Shown here piece after piece: positions 1-10,108 of a stretch of DNA of 56,877 bases; the stretch's first letter is position 1; the number at the start of each line of letters is the position of its first letter. The translations under genes and the position numbers were made by a program. The notes under the pieces are model-generated. The model saw only the letters and a program-made list of their open reading frames with translations. It was not told the origin of the DNA and did no database searches. This DNA comes from Phycisphaerae bacterium (lineage in GTDB: Bacteria; Planctomycetota; Phycisphaerae; UBA1845): NCBI GenBank assembly GCA_040235375.1, contig JBECKQ010000318.1, forward strand, positions 1 through 56,877. Reading direction: 5' to 3'.

Positions 1-2
1 GA

Positions 3-272
3 TTCGGAAAAACGGTCGAACACAACCTGACGTTGATGCAGCATCTCGAGCGGTTTGTCGGGCTGGGGCTGCCGGTCGTGGTCGGAGCGTCGCGCAAGCG
101 GTTCCTTGCCAAGCTGACGCCGAACGCGGAGGAGGTGGAAGCGCGACTGGGTGGCTCTCTGGCATGTGTCGTGCGGGCGATGGAGGCGGGCGTGCAGGTC
201 GTGCGCGTCCACGACGTGCGCGAGACGCGGCAGTTGATCGACACATTGGAAAGAGTGCGCGGACCGCGCTGA
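3..272 (+). CDS. folP: dihydropteroate synthase, C-terminal part (5' truncated by window edge)
   Basis: Frame reads FGKTVEHNLTL...PVVVGASRKRFL...VRVHDV, matching the DHPS GFGK, SRK and RVHDV motifs. Confidence 0.93.
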   Translation, partial: FGKTVEHNLTLMQHLERFVGLGLPVVVGASRKRFLAKLTPNAEEVEARLGGSLACVVRAMEAGVQVVRVHDVRETRQLIDTLERVRGPR

Positions 273-371
273 GCAGCATGGCTCTTGTGGCGCGGGCTTG
301 GCAGCCCGTGAATCACGGGCAAGATGCCCGTGCCACATGTGGGGCCGGACCGTGCTACCCAAGTGCGAATC

Positions 372-1730
372 TCAGCCGCGGATTGCCCAGCGGGCGAGTT
401 CGCCCAGCTTTGGCGGCTTGCCCTGCATGAGAATGCCGATGCGGAAGATGCGGCCGGCAAGCCAGACCAGAATAACGGTCATGATGACAACGCCGGCCAG
501 ACCGGCCCACGGCTGCCAGGCGGGTATGGTCTCCGGCATGGATTGCCGGATCAGCATGAGCATGGGCGTGAAGAACGGCACCAGCGAGATGCCGGTGGAA
601 AAGCTGCTGAGCGGCTCGCGGGCCACGTTCATCCACACGAACAGCGGCAGGCACACCACGATCCACACGGGCAGCATGAGCGACTGCGCCTCCTTGAGAT
701 CGTTGCACGCCGCGCCGATGGCGACGAACATCGAGCCGAACATGAGGATCGCGGCGACAAGGTAGGCGCCCATCCACGGCAGCAACTCGTACGGCACGCG
801 ATCCGCCAACCCCATCCGTTGGACGGCGATAAGCCCGCCGATCACGTACACACTGACGACCGTCAAGGCGACGCCGACACTGCCGATCAGCTTGCCCATC
901 ATGAGCTGGAACGGCGTGACCGAGCCCAGCAGCACTTCCGCGATTCGCTGCATCTTCTCCTCGATCACGGAGTTGATCAGCGGCGTCGCGCCGATCGTGA
1001 TCATCAGGAACATGAGCATGACGATGATGATCGGCATGATGATCACGTCGAGTTCGGTGCTGGTCTGGGCTTGGCGGACCTGGCCGGTGGCCTCGTCGAT
1101 GGAGACCAGGCCCATCGGCTCGACCGGCGCCGTCTGCGTCACGTAGGCGACGGTGGACGGGTTGAGGTCGGCCTTTTTCAGGCGGAGCTCACGTATGGCG
1201 TCGTTGACCGCCGTCCTCAGCCAGCCACGGACCGGGTCGAGGGCGGCGCCTTCGGCGTGATAGGCGATTCTGACGTTGGGGGGAACGCGGCCTTCCTTGG
1301 CTTCTTTGGCTTCGGCTTCGGCTTCGGCCTGCGGCGGAAAGACGGCGTCCGGGCCGATGTCGAGAAACGCGTGGATCTGGTTCCTGCGAACGAGGTCGGA
1401 CAGTTCGAGGCTTTGCGCCTGCGGATCCTTGTTGTTCGGTGGGACGATTTTGATGTGATAAGCAGGTTGAATCTTCTTTCCGGTCTTCGGTTCGTAGACC
1501 GCTTCCTCGTTCCGTTTTTCGGCCGCGGTGACCAACGCGCCGGCCAGGAGGCCGGAGCGGTCCACCACCGCGATCGTGCGGTCGGTCGTGTCCACCTGCC
1601 CCTCGAGAAGCGCATGGGCGAGAACGCCGCCGGTCATGAGCACGGGCATGAGGACAATAGTGACGATAAACGCCTTCGTGCGAACCGCGGCGATGTATTC
1701 GCGAGCCGTGATGACGAAAACCTTACGCAT
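372..1730 (-). CDS. ABC-2 type transporter permease (NatB-like)
   Basis: MRKVFVITAREY start, N-terminal TM plus large periplasmic loop, EEKMQRIAEVLLGSV and MMGKLIG motifs, C-terminal TM bundle; overlaps the ATPase gene. Confidence 0.9.
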   Translation of the reverse strand: MRKVFVITAREYIAAVRTKAFIVTIVLMPVLMTGGVLAHALLEGQVDTTDRTIAVVDRSGLLAGALVTAAEKRNEEAVYEPKTGKKIQPAYHIKIVPPNNKDPQAQSLELSDLVRRNQIHAFLDIGPDAVFPPQAEAEAEAKEAKEGRVPPNVRIAYHAEGAALDPVRGWLRTAVNDAIRELRLKKADLNPSTVAYVTQTAPVEPMGLVSIDEATGQVRQAQTSTELDVIIMPIIIVMLMFLMITIGATPLINSVIEEKMQRIAEVLLGSVTPFQLMMGKLIGSVGVALTVVSVYVIGGLIAVQRMGLADRVPYELLPWMGAYLVAAILMFGSMFVAIGAACNDLKEAQSLMLPVWIVVCLPLFVWMNVAREPLSSFSTGISLVPFFTPMLMLIRQSMPETIPAWQPWAGLAGVVIMTVILVWLAGRIFRIGILMQGKPPKLGELARWAIRG

Positions 1731-2634
1731 GTTGAACCTCCCGGGCCTCCGGCCCGGCGATGCGGACGAAGATGTCATGGAGCGACGGCCGGGCGACCTC
1801 GAAGTGGCGGACCCGCGCCCGGGCCATGACGGCGGCGAGGATTTCCTGCGTGTCCGTGCCGTTGCTCGTTCGGAGCTCCTGGAGCTGGCCGTAGTCGTTG
1901 ACGCGGGACACGCCGGGAATGTCGCGCAGCACGCTGTGATCGCCGTCGATGCGTACGCGGATCGTGTCGTCGCCGTACTGGTCCTGGATGCTGCTGAGCG
2001 TGCCGTCGAGGACCTTGCGTCCCTTGAAGATCATGAAGATGTAATCGCACATCTTCTCCGCGGTGTTCATGTCGTGCGTGCTGAAGATCACCGTGGTGCC
2101 GTTGGTTTGGAGGTCGAGCACGGCGTCCTTGAGGACCTCGACATTGACCGGGTCGAGGCCGCTGAAGGGCTCGTCGAGGATGACCATCTGCGGCCGAGCC
2201 ACGACGGCGGCGATGAACTGCGCTTTTTGAGACATGCCCTTGCTCAGTGCCTCGACCTTCTTGTCCGCCCAGTCGGCCAGGTCGAAGCGTTCCAGCCAGC
2301 GGTCGACCTCGGCGTTGACGTTCGCGGCGTTCTTAAGGCGGCCGTAGAACCTGAGCAGCTCGCCGAGCTTCATCTTCTTGTAGAGACCGCGCTCCTCCGG
2401 AAGATAGCCGATGCGGTCGGTCCACGCGCCGTGCAGCTCCTCGCCGAACACGCGGATGCTCCCGCGGTCGGGATAGTAGATGTTCATGATCATGCGGAGC
2501 GTGGTGGTTTTTCCCGAACCGTTCGGTCCGATGAAACCGTACACGCAGCCTCCGGGCACGGCCAGCGAGAGGCTGTCGACGGCAACGGTCGAGCCGAAGG
2601 TCTTGGTTACATCCTGGAGCTCCACGGCGTTCAT
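1723..2634 (-). CDS. ABC transporter ATP-binding protein (NatA-like, C-terminal DUF4162-like)
   Basis: Walker A GPNGSGKTT, signature LSKGM, Walker B ILDEPFSGLDP, H-loop STH. Confidence 0.95.
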   Translation of the reverse strand: MNAVELQDVTKTFGSTVAVDSLSLAVPGGCVYGFIGPNGSGKTTTLRMIMNIYYPDRGSIRVFGEELHGAWTDRIGYLPEERGLYKKMKLGELLRFYGRLKNAANVNAEVDRWLERFDLADWADKKVEALSKGMSQKAQFIAAVVARPQMVILDEPFSGLDPVNVEVLKDAVLDLQTNGTTVIFSTHDMNTAEKMCDYIFMIFKGRKVLDGTLSSIQDQYGDDTIRVRIDGDHSVLRDIPGVSRVNDYGQLQELRTSNGTDTQEILAAVMARARVRHFEVARPSLHDIFVRIAGPEAREVQHA

Positions 2635-2766
2635 CAGTGCACTCCTGCGATGCGTGACATTGCCTGACTCTCACCAGTGTAACAGAAGGTGGCCGCACTG
2701 CTAAGCGGCTCGCGGTCGCTACTTGTCGCACAGCGCCAAGAGTTGTAGGCGCGTGGCGTTGCCGGA

Positions 2767-5691
2767 TCAGTCCTGCAGAAGGGCGGCGGCCCGGGAGTGA
2801 GGGTCGAGCTCGACAGCGCGGGCGGCGTACTTGCGGGCGTTGTCCAGTTCGCCCAGCTTGTGGTAGGCGAGCGCGGCATCCGCGAAATGCTCCGGATCGG
2901 TCGGGACCAGATCGCAGAGCGTGACGTAGTTCCGGACGGCTTCCGGCGTGTCATTCAGCCGCATGGCGATGCGTGCGAGGGCCGCGTACGCCGGCTCCGA
3001 CATCGGGTCGATGAACAGCACGCGCCGATACCAATACTGCGCGTCCTGCAAGCGTCCCCGGCGCTCCAGAATTTCGCCGATCTGGAACGGAACGTCGGCG
3101 TCGTGATCAGCGCTCGGAGCGACGTCGAGCAGCTCCGGCAGCGCTTGGTCGTCATCGCCGCGTTTCAGATAGATGCCGGCGAGCGAACGGGCGGCGAACG
3201 TATCCAACGGCCAGGCGCGTTTCAGGCGGACGAGCAGCGGCAGGGCGTCGCCCAGCCGCTTGCGGCGCACGTAGACGTCCGCCAGGTACTTGAGCGCGTA
3301 ACGGTTGTCCGGATCCACCTCGAGCAGCCGCGGAGCAGTCTCGATGAGCCTGTCGTCGCGCGCAGTAACTGCCGCTTTGCTGTCCGCGTCGAGGCTTTCG
3401 CGATGGAGGCACCGAACGAGCACCTCGAGCGCCAGACGGTTCTTGCTGTCGATATCGAGCGCTGCTCGCGCGGACTCCGCCGCTCCTTCGACGTTGTCGT
3501 CATCCCACCTGGCCCGGGCGAGGCGGGCATGCAGATCGGCGTCGCTGCGATGCAGGGCGACAGCGGCGCGCAGCCAGGAAACGTCTTCCGGCGGTTCCAG
3601 GTCGAAGCCCCAGGTGGCGGCCTGCTGTCGCGCCCACGCGGCGAATTCCCTGTCGAGCTCTTCGGGCGATTTGTGGATCGCCTCCTCGAACACGGCCGCC
3701 TGCGGCCTGGCTTCGGCCATGGCGGACAGCAGTCGCGTGATCACATCGTAGCCGTAAGTGGTGATGAGATACTCGCACATCCATTCGCTCTGCGCATAGG
3801 CAAGCTGGCGATCGTGCGAGCTCTGCGGCCGCATGAAACCCCAGTCGAGCGAGTCGAGCGTGAAGAGCTGGTTGCGACGGACGGCGTTGGCCAGCAGTTG
3901 CCGCCAGTCGTAGCTGCGGGGCAGATCCTCCTGGAGGACGGCCAGCCCTTCAGTAAACCAGTGAGCGATCTGGTTGTGAGTGGCAGCGAGCGTCACCGTG
4001 TGCGTGAACTCGTGCTCCAGCACGGACGCATAGTTGTAAGGGCCTTGCAGATCGGCGCCGCGGCGGGGCGAATCGATGGCGATGACCGGCCCCGTGCACG
4101 CCCCGACGGTGTGGATCCAGGGCTGGCCGGTGATGCGCACGGCAAACTCGCTGTGCTTCGGAAAGATCTCGATCGTCGTCTTGCGCGCGAGCGTGGCGTT
4201 GTAATCGGCGCATACCGGCGCGTAGACGGTTTCCAGGTAATCCGCGCACCGGCGAGCAACGATCTTGTCGGGAGCGTCGTAGTGGATAATGAAGTGTTCG
4301 GTCTCGATTGTTTTGAACGCGGCGAGACGGTCGAGCAAGTTCAGCGTGTTGCGGGTCTTCTCGTTGTAGGGATCGAGCTTCCAAGAAACGTCCAGGGCGT
4401 CGCGGGCCTTGGCTTCGTAACCCCACTGCATGTACATCAAGCCGAGCTCGGTGCGCGGCGCGGACGCGGAGGGATCCAGCTCGATGGCCTTCTTGATGTA
4501 GCCCTCGGCCTGCGAGAACCGCCGCATGCCGGAGAGGACCTCGCCGATGATCGCGTTCAGCGCAGAGCTGTGATCGTTGACGCGCTGGGCGCGGGCGATG
4601 TACCCGGCAGCCTTGTCGGTCTCGTTGCGGGCCAGCAGAGACGCGGCGCAGCGGGCCAGAACTTCAATGCTGTTGGGGTTGACGGCCAGCGCCCGGTCGC
4701 AGGCCTGCTGGGCTTCCTCGTAACGGCGCTCGACGATCCGGCACGCAGCAAGCAGGTTGAGCGCATCGACGTCGTTCGGGATGGTTTGGAGAGCGAGATC
4801 GACGCGCCGCTGCACCTCCTCGAACTCCCAGCCTTCGAGGGCCAGCCAGCCGAGGCCGATCTGGGCGGCGGCGGCGTTGCTGTTGACCCGTAGCGCGGCG
4901 CGGTAGTCGTCGGCCGCCTCTTCGAGATTGAATTTCTCGCGCAGGAGGTCGGCGGCGGCGACCCGCGCCGGCCAGTAGTTTCGGTCGAGCTGCGTGTAGG
5001 CGGCCTGGTACATTTCGTTGAGCACGTGCGAAGTGCGATGGGCGAGATTGGGATGGCGGGCGAGCACGCTGTAGCGGTACAGGCCCTCGCCCGCGGCGGT
5101 CAGGCTCTCCGCATCTTCGGGCAGGCGCGTCGTGGCCAGGCGATTGAACCACTCGTAGTGCTCGAGCGCCGCGTCGCGCCGGCCGACGGTCTCGAGCGTA
5201 TTGGCGAGCAGCAGCCGGGCGCGGCAGAGTTGCGGATCCAGCCGGATGGCCTCATTCGCCAAGTCGATCGCGCGATCATAGCCGCCGACGGCGGCAGCGG
5301 ACTCGGCGAGCAGAAGCTTGACCCGAGCCGCTTCCTTGCCTGTTGCCTCGATCGATTCGAGCAGTTTCCGTGTCTCAGCGTAACGGCCGGTCTGTAGCCA
5401 GCATTCGGCCAGTCCGATCGATGCCGGCGTGCGCGTGGCGTCGTCGTCGAGGAGCGCGTTGTAGCTCTCTTCGGCGCGTTCGTAGTAGCCCTCGAGGAGT
5501 AGCTCGCGGGCCTCGAGCAGTGGAGGCAATTCGGGGGTGGCACTCTCCGCCGACGACTCGCCGTCGGCGTACGCATCCTGAGCCTCGACGGGCGGGGGAA
5601 GCGTCAACCCGACAGCAAGGAAGACCAGGAGAAGGTGCGGCCCGCGGAAGCAGCGAATTCGGGCGCACGTGCGACGTTTGGTGCCCAGCAT
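2767..5691 (-). CDS. secreted TPR-repeat protein with internal zinc metallopeptidase (peptidase MA-like) domain
   Basis: Signal peptide ending PVEA-Q, many TPR-like helices, HEFTH (HExxH) followed by WFTEGLA and LAYAQS; start chosen just after the upstream gene stop. Confidence 0.85.
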   Translation of the reverse strand: MLGTKRRTCARIRCFRGPHLLLVFLAVGLTLPPPVEAQDAYADGESSAESATPELPPLLEARELLLEGYYERAEESYNALLDDDATRTPASIGLAECWLQTGRYAETRKLLESIEATGKEAARVKLLLAESAAAVGGYDRAIDLANEAIRLDPQLCRARLLLANTLETVGRRDAALEHYEWFNRLATTRLPEDAESLTAAGEGLYRYSVLARHPNLAHRTSHVLNEMYQAAYTQLDRNYWPARVAAADLLREKFNLEEAADDYRAALRVNSNAAAAQIGLGWLALEGWEFEEVQRRVDLALQTIPNDVDALNLLAACRIVERRYEEAQQACDRALAVNPNSIEVLARCAASLLARNETDKAAGYIARAQRVNDHSSALNAIIGEVLSGMRRFSQAEGYIKKAIELDPSASAPRTELGLMYMQWGYEAKARDALDVSWKLDPYNEKTRNTLNLLDRLAAFKTIETEHFIIHYDAPDKIVARRCADYLETVYAPVCADYNATLARKTTIEIFPKHSEFAVRITGQPWIHTVGACTGPVIAIDSPRRGADLQGPYNYASVLEHEFTHTVTLAATHNQIAHWFTEGLAVLQEDLPRSYDWRQLLANAVRRNQLFTLDSLDWGFMRPQSSHDRQLAYAQSEWMCEYLITTYGYDVITRLLSAMAEARPQAAVFEEAIHKSPEELDREFAAWARQQAATWGFDLEPPEDVSWLRAAVALHRSDADLHARLARARWDDDNVEGAAESARAALDIDSKNRLALEVLVRCLHRESLDADSKAAVTARDDRLIETAPRLLEVDPDNRYALKYLADVYVRRKRLGDALPLLVRLKRAWPLDTFAARSLAGIYLKRGDDDQALPELLDVAPSADHDADVPFQIGEILERRGRLQDAQYWYRRVLFIDPMSEPAYAALARIAMRLNDTPEAVRNYVTLCDLVPTDPEHFADAALAYHKLGELDNARKYAARAVELDPHSRAAALLQD

Positions 5692-5702
5692 CACGGCGGA
5701 TT

Positions 5703-8276
5703 TTAGGTGCCAGAGTGCATGATGGTCAACAACGACTGCCACCACGGCGGGCCCACTGGCAAAGCAGTAACGTAAGGGTAGATCAGCGCGAACGCGATTC
5801 CGGCGACAATCAGCAATTCCGTGACGCCGCGCTTCAGCCTGGCGGTAATGACCACCCAGGCGAGCGCGATGTAGAGGAATGAAAGTGACGGCAGATAGTG
5901 GTAGATGAACATGATCCGCGGTGACGCCAGCCACGGCGCCCAGAACGCCAGATAGCCGGCCAGGAGCGGCAAAGCGCGCTGCTCGCGCCGCAGCGCCACC
6001 TGCAGCGCGGCAAACCCGATCGCCGCCAGGCCCGCCAGCCAGATGATGGGGTTGCCCATTGCATAGACGTTGGAACGGGGAGGGGTGTTGGACGCCGTCT
6101 CGCCATGGGCCGTCTTGGCCGGCGGGGTCTTCTCGGCGTACAGCCACATCATCTTGCTGTAGAGCGGCCACTCCGCCGCTTTGGAGCTGTAGGGGTGCGG
6201 CTGCGTCAGTCCCGTGTGGTACGACCACATCTGCACCTGCAGCTCCTTGAACTGGTCGATGGAGTAGCCGGCCCGGAAGAACGGCGTGTAAGAGAGCAGG
6301 TAGATGCCGGCGGGTAGCAACGCATAGGAGATGACCATCAACGCGGGGCGTTTCGGCCAGAACCTTCCCTCCTGTTTGGCGCGGTACAGGTGAATGACGG
6401 CCATCAGCGGAAACGCGAAGAGCGCCGTCCACTTGCAGGCCAGCGCGCCGCCGACAGCGAACGCCGCCAGCACGTAGCGGTCGTACAACCCGGCCAGGAC
6501 GGCGGCCAGCAGGAAGGCCGCGCAGTAAATGTCGTTCATGCCGATACGCGACAGGACGAGCGGCAGCGTGTCGAGGCTGGCCAGCGCCGCAGCAAGCAGC
6601 GCAATGCTATAGCGGTCGAACAGGCGGAGCGATATCGCGTAGATCAGAAGAACGACGATCGTACCGAACAACGTCGCCGGCAGCCGCCACGCCCACGGCT
6701 TGTCCCCGAAGAGCTGAATGCTCCACTGCATGAAGAGCTTGGCGAGTGGCGGATGCGTCCACTCATAAGCCACGCCCTCGATCGGCGCGGACGTGGACCA
6801 GAGCCACGGGTCGGTGTTGCCCGCCGCCCATTGCTCGGCGGTGTAGGCGTGATACACCTCGTCGAAGTATCGCTCGGGCGGAGCGTTCAGCCGGAAAAGC
6901 CGCGTACCCAGGGCGAAAAGCAGGATGACTGCCAGCAGCAGCGGCGCACGTCGGCGAAGCCACGGCGGATCCGCGGGCGTCACGAGCGATTCGAGTTCAT
7001 GCTTGCCGATCTTCAGCTTCGAAACGAGTCGATCGAACCACTTCTGGCCGGTCGGCGTGACGGAGATCGCCGTCAGGGGAAGGGCCAGCAGATTGCCCAG
7101 ACACAGGGCCATGGCCAGCGCCCGGTGGATAAGCTGTTCCGACCCCACAAAGCTCAAGGCGAACACGAGATTACCGCAGTACGTTGCGGACGCGAGGACA
7201 TAGGGAACAAGCGCGGCGGTGTGACGAGCGGCGACGATGGCCAACGGCGCGAAAAACGGAAAGAGGTGACGCTCGTGGGCGCGGGTCACGAATAGAAACG
7301 TGATCAGGTAGGCGAGCGCCGTCGCTTCCCAAAGGGCGGTGTCGCCTTCGCGTCGCCAGCGTCGCCAGAGCCAGACCGCGGCGAAGAGATAGCCGACCAG
7401 GCAGATGGCGGTTCCTGCCTGATGCACCGTCACCGGGCCGATGATCCGGCCGCTGTCCGGTTTCCAATTCAGATCGAACATGTACCAGAGGTTCATCGCG
7501 TTGACCGAGGCGTACTGGTACTGGTTCATCGTGACGTCGATGCGGTGCTCGATGAACTGCGGAAGCGTGCGCAGACTGCCACCGTTAAACGGAAGAAACG
7601 TGGCGGCGAAGACGGCGACGGCGATGCCGGCCGATGCCGCAATGCGGTGCCATCGAATACGGGCTCGCGCCGCGTAGATGAGCACCAGCGGTACGACGAC
7701 GGCCGTGTGCGGCTTGACCGCTCCGGCCAGGCCGAGAACGAGCGCCGACAGCAGCGCTCGGCGCGATACGAGCAGCGAAAGTGCGGCGACCAGCAGAAAG
7801 GCGTGAAAGCTGTCCGCCTGTCCCCACAGCGTCGAGTTCGCGAAGACCGCGGGGTTGAATATGTAGATGGCCGGCACCCAGAGCCGCTGGTGCTCCGCCA
7901 TCGGTCGGGCCATGCGCCAGATGAGGAAAGCGGTGGCGATGTCCGCCGCGATATTGGGCAGCTTGAACAGCAGGTACACGAGTCCGTGGGGCAGCTTCGC
8001 GTACACGGCGCCGAGAGGCCAGAGGACGTAAAGATAGCCAGGCAGGTAGTCGCACCAGTACTTTCCGTCCCAGAAGTGCTGAAGGCCTACGTCCGCGAGG
8101 TGCTGGGCCCAGCCCGTGAATGCGCCCATGTCCGAGGCGTGGCCGGTCCAGGGGGCGGCGACGATGCGGACGGCCAGACCTGCCAGAGCGAGGGGGATGA
8201 ACGCGCGCCACGTTACGGCGCTGCCGCTGGAGTTGTCTCGGATGAGGAGGGCCGCCTGATGGCCGGCTTTCGTCAT
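5703..8276 (-). CDS. fused double GT-C glycosyltransferase: N-terminal GT87/ALG6-like domain plus C-terminal protein O-mannosyltransferase (PMT/GT39)-like domain
   Basis: N-half WCDYLPGYLYVLW, WGQADS, HERHLFP; C-half YFDEVYHA, HPPLAK, HPYSS.A.EWPL, GNPIIW, FIYHYLP; highly hydrophobic. Confidence 0.85.
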   Translation of the reverse strand: MTKAGHQAALLIRDNSSGSAVTWRAFIPLALAGLAVRIVAAPWTGHASDMGAFTGWAQHLADVGLQHFWDGKYWCDYLPGYLYVLWPLGAVYAKLPHGLVYLLFKLPNIAADIATAFLIWRMARPMAEHQRLWVPAIYIFNPAVFANSTLWGQADSFHAFLLVAALSLLVSRRALLSALVLGLAGAVKPHTAVVVPLVLIYAARARIRWHRIAASAGIAVAVFAATFLPFNGGSLRTLPQFIEHRIDVTMNQYQYASVNAMNLWYMFDLNWKPDSGRIIGPVTVHQAGTAICLVGYLFAAVWLWRRWRREGDTALWEATALAYLITFLFVTRAHERHLFPFFAPLAIVAARHTAALVPYVLASATYCGNLVFALSFVGSEQLIHRALAMALCLGNLLALPLTAISVTPTGQKWFDRLVSKLKIGKHELESLVTPADPPWLRRRAPLLLAVILLFALGTRLFRLNAPPERYFDEVYHAYTAEQWAAGNTDPWLWSTSAPIEGVAYEWTHPPLAKLFMQWSIQLFGDKPWAWRLPATLFGTIVVLLIYAISLRLFDRYSIALLAAALASLDTLPLVLSRIGMNDIYCAAFLLAAVLAGLYDRYVLAAFAVGGALACKWTALFAFPLMAVIHLYRAKQEGRFWPKRPALMVISYALLPAGIYLLSYTPFFRAGYSIDQFKELQVQMWSYHTGLTQPHPYSSKAAEWPLYSKMMWLYAEKTPPAKTAHGETASNTPPRSNVYAMGNPIIWLAGLAAIGFAALQVALRREQRALPLLAGYLAFWAPWLASPRIMFIYHYLPSLSFLYIALAWVVITARLKRGVTELLIVAGIAFALIYPYVTALPVGPPWWQSLLTIMHSGT

Positions 8277-8526
8277 GGGGCGAATTGTAGCAGAGGCGAC
8301 GAATTGTACACCGCCGACGGTTGGCGTCGTCCGGGCGGATCCTGGTCGGTTGTGCGGTAGACGGTGGGCGAAGCGAATTCCCGGCAGGCGCGGGACGACT
8401 CCGAGCAGGCCAGGTGATTGGATTTACGCAGTCGTTACCGGCCGAAGCGGCGACCGCGCCGCTACGACGTGCGCAAGAGCCATGTCGCGCCGAATAGCCG
8501 AAAGGGAGAATCGAGACCGAGCCCGG

Positions 8527-9489
8527 CTAGCGGCGCGCTGCCGCTCTCGGGGCGAGAAGACGGAAGGTGTACCCGAAGCCGAAGTTGCCCTCCGGCCGAC
8601 TGACGGGCCGGCGCAGGAGCAGCAGCGTTTCGACTTGCGCCAGCATCACCGGATTGATTTGCTGCAACGCGTTGAAGTCGATCGGCAATTCGCCGCGTCG
8701 GGCGAGATCGTAGAGCTCGAAGCCGGCCGGACCCAGGTTGGAATAGCCCGTATGCTCCAGCGACGTGAAGTGCAGCTCCGGGTCGGTGAGCATCTCGACG
8801 TCGTAGAACCGCACGGCCCGGTCGAACAACGCCTGGTTGATCCATTGGATTGCGATCGTGACATTGGTGACGTATTCACCCGGACGTACCTCGCGCGATT
8901 CATGGCGCAGTTTCGATATGGCCGTCACCAGCCCGTACTCGGCCAGCGAAATACGGAAGCGACTGTTGATGGGATCGACTTCGAGCTCATAGCCCTCGGT
9001 GCCGCGCTTGGCGAGCGTCGCGACCGTCGAGTCGATCACGACGTCGCTTCGCAGAACGCCCTCGCTGCTACCGCCGCGGACGGCGCCATATCCGAGCCCG
9101 ATCCGCACGCGCTGCTCGTTCTGGGTGCGGTAGAAATCGGAGACGCTCGCGAGAGTCGCCCGCCGCACGCTGATAACGGTCATGTCCGGCTCCGCGCCGA
9201 ACATGAGAACGCAGTGAGAGCGCAGCCCGGTGCGGATGAGCATTCCCGCCTCGAGCGTCGTGTCCAGCGCCACCGGTTTCCACACGTTGGGATCGGCCGG
9301 GTCCGCCCCGGCCGGCGCGTATTCGACGGCGCCCGAGATGTCGATCACCTTAGCGGAGAGGCTTCGTCGCCGCTCGGCCGACGGCTGCGACGTGGGCATC
9401 GTCGTTGCGGGGCGCGTGGTCTGCGCGAAGGCCGGCATGCTTATCAATGCCACGATCAGCAAGGCGAGCGTACTGTTTCGAGTGCTCAT
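8527..9489 (-). CDS. secreted FecR-domain protein
   Basis: Signal peptide MSTRNSTLALLIVALISMPAFA-Q; FecR-like beta pattern (SGAVEY, LEAGMLIRTG, IDSTVATLAKRGT). Confidence 0.7.
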   Translation of the reverse strand: MSTRNSTLALLIVALISMPAFAQTTRPATTMPTSQPSAERRRSLSAKVIDISGAVEYAPAGADPADPNVWKPVALDTTLEAGMLIRTGLRSHCVLMFGAEPDMTVISVRRATLASVSDFYRTQNEQRVRIGLGYGAVRGGSSEGVLRSDVVIDSTVATLAKRGTEGYELEVDPINSRFRISLAEYGLVTAISKLRHESREVRPGEYVTNVTIAIQWINQALFDRAVRFYDVEMLTDPELHFTSLEHTGYSNLGPAGFELYDLARRGELPIDFNALQQINPVMLAQVETLLLLRRPVSRPEGNFGFGYTFRLLAPRAAARR

Positions 9490-9505
9490 GGCGCGTGCTC
9501 CTCGT

Positions 9506-10108
9506 CTAGCGATCAGGTCGCGGGGTGAGGTGGCGCTCGGTCGCATAGATGCCATTCTTCGCCATGTAGTCGTCGGCCCGCCCCAGCGCGAATACCATCT
9601 CGCCGCCCGTGACGAGCTTGTACGGTGGACCGAAGTAGACGATCTCATGATCCACCGCCCGCCGCAAGGCGTATCGCCGATCGCCGAGCCCCCACGAACC
9701 GAAAAGAGTGGAATCCACGCTGGGCGGCAGGTTGCACGTCGCCGCAAGCATGTACGCGAGCGTCCCCAGATCGAGCGCGTCATCGGGTTCCAGCCCCCAA
9801 GCTGCGCGAACGATGCCCTGCTCCTGCAAGCGAGCAATGGGCTCCTCCTGATCGCCGCGGTGACTGTCGCCTTCGCGCAGAATCGTGACCGCACGGCAGG
9901 CTTCGCCGTACGACACGACCGGAACCGTTTCCAGGTAATGGATGAACTCGATGTCTCCCAGCGTGTCGGGATTGACTGCCGGCTGCCAGGTCCGCGTGTG
10001 CGAACAGCCGGCGAAGAGCACGACGATCGCCAGGCACGCCGCCCCGGCGACGGCCGTCTTGCCTGATCCGCGTGCACGAGGGAATCGAATAACGGTTAGA
10101 AGCTCCAC
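9506..10108 (-). CDS. putative lipoprotein, helical SLH-like domain
   Basis: Lipobox LFAGC; GTG start overlapping the barrel gene stop; start uncertain. Confidence 0.6.
   Translation of the reverse strand: MELLTVIRFPRARGSGKTAVAGAACLAIVVLFAGCSHTRTWQPAVNPDTLGDIEFIHYLETVPVVSYGEACRAVTILREGDSHRGDQEEPIARLQEQGIVRAAWGLEPDDALDLGTLAYMLAATCNLPPSVDSTLFGSWGLGDRRYALRRAVDHEIVYFGPPYKLVTGGEMVFALGRADDYMAKNGIYATERHLTPRPDR

Noticed and set aside
1308-1328. GCTTCG tandem repeat
   Set aside because: Encodes an in-frame Ala-Glu linker in the permease, not a CRISPR or contingency locus.
324-4893. Long + strand ORFs (324..1829, 1528..2667, 2797..4893)
   Set aside because: Antisense shadows of well-supported minus-strand genes, typical of high-GC DNA, with no motifs.
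5692-6432. N-terminal 247-aa extension of the TPR ORF
   Set aside because: Overlaps the GT-C gene in another frame; the signal peptide begins after 5691.
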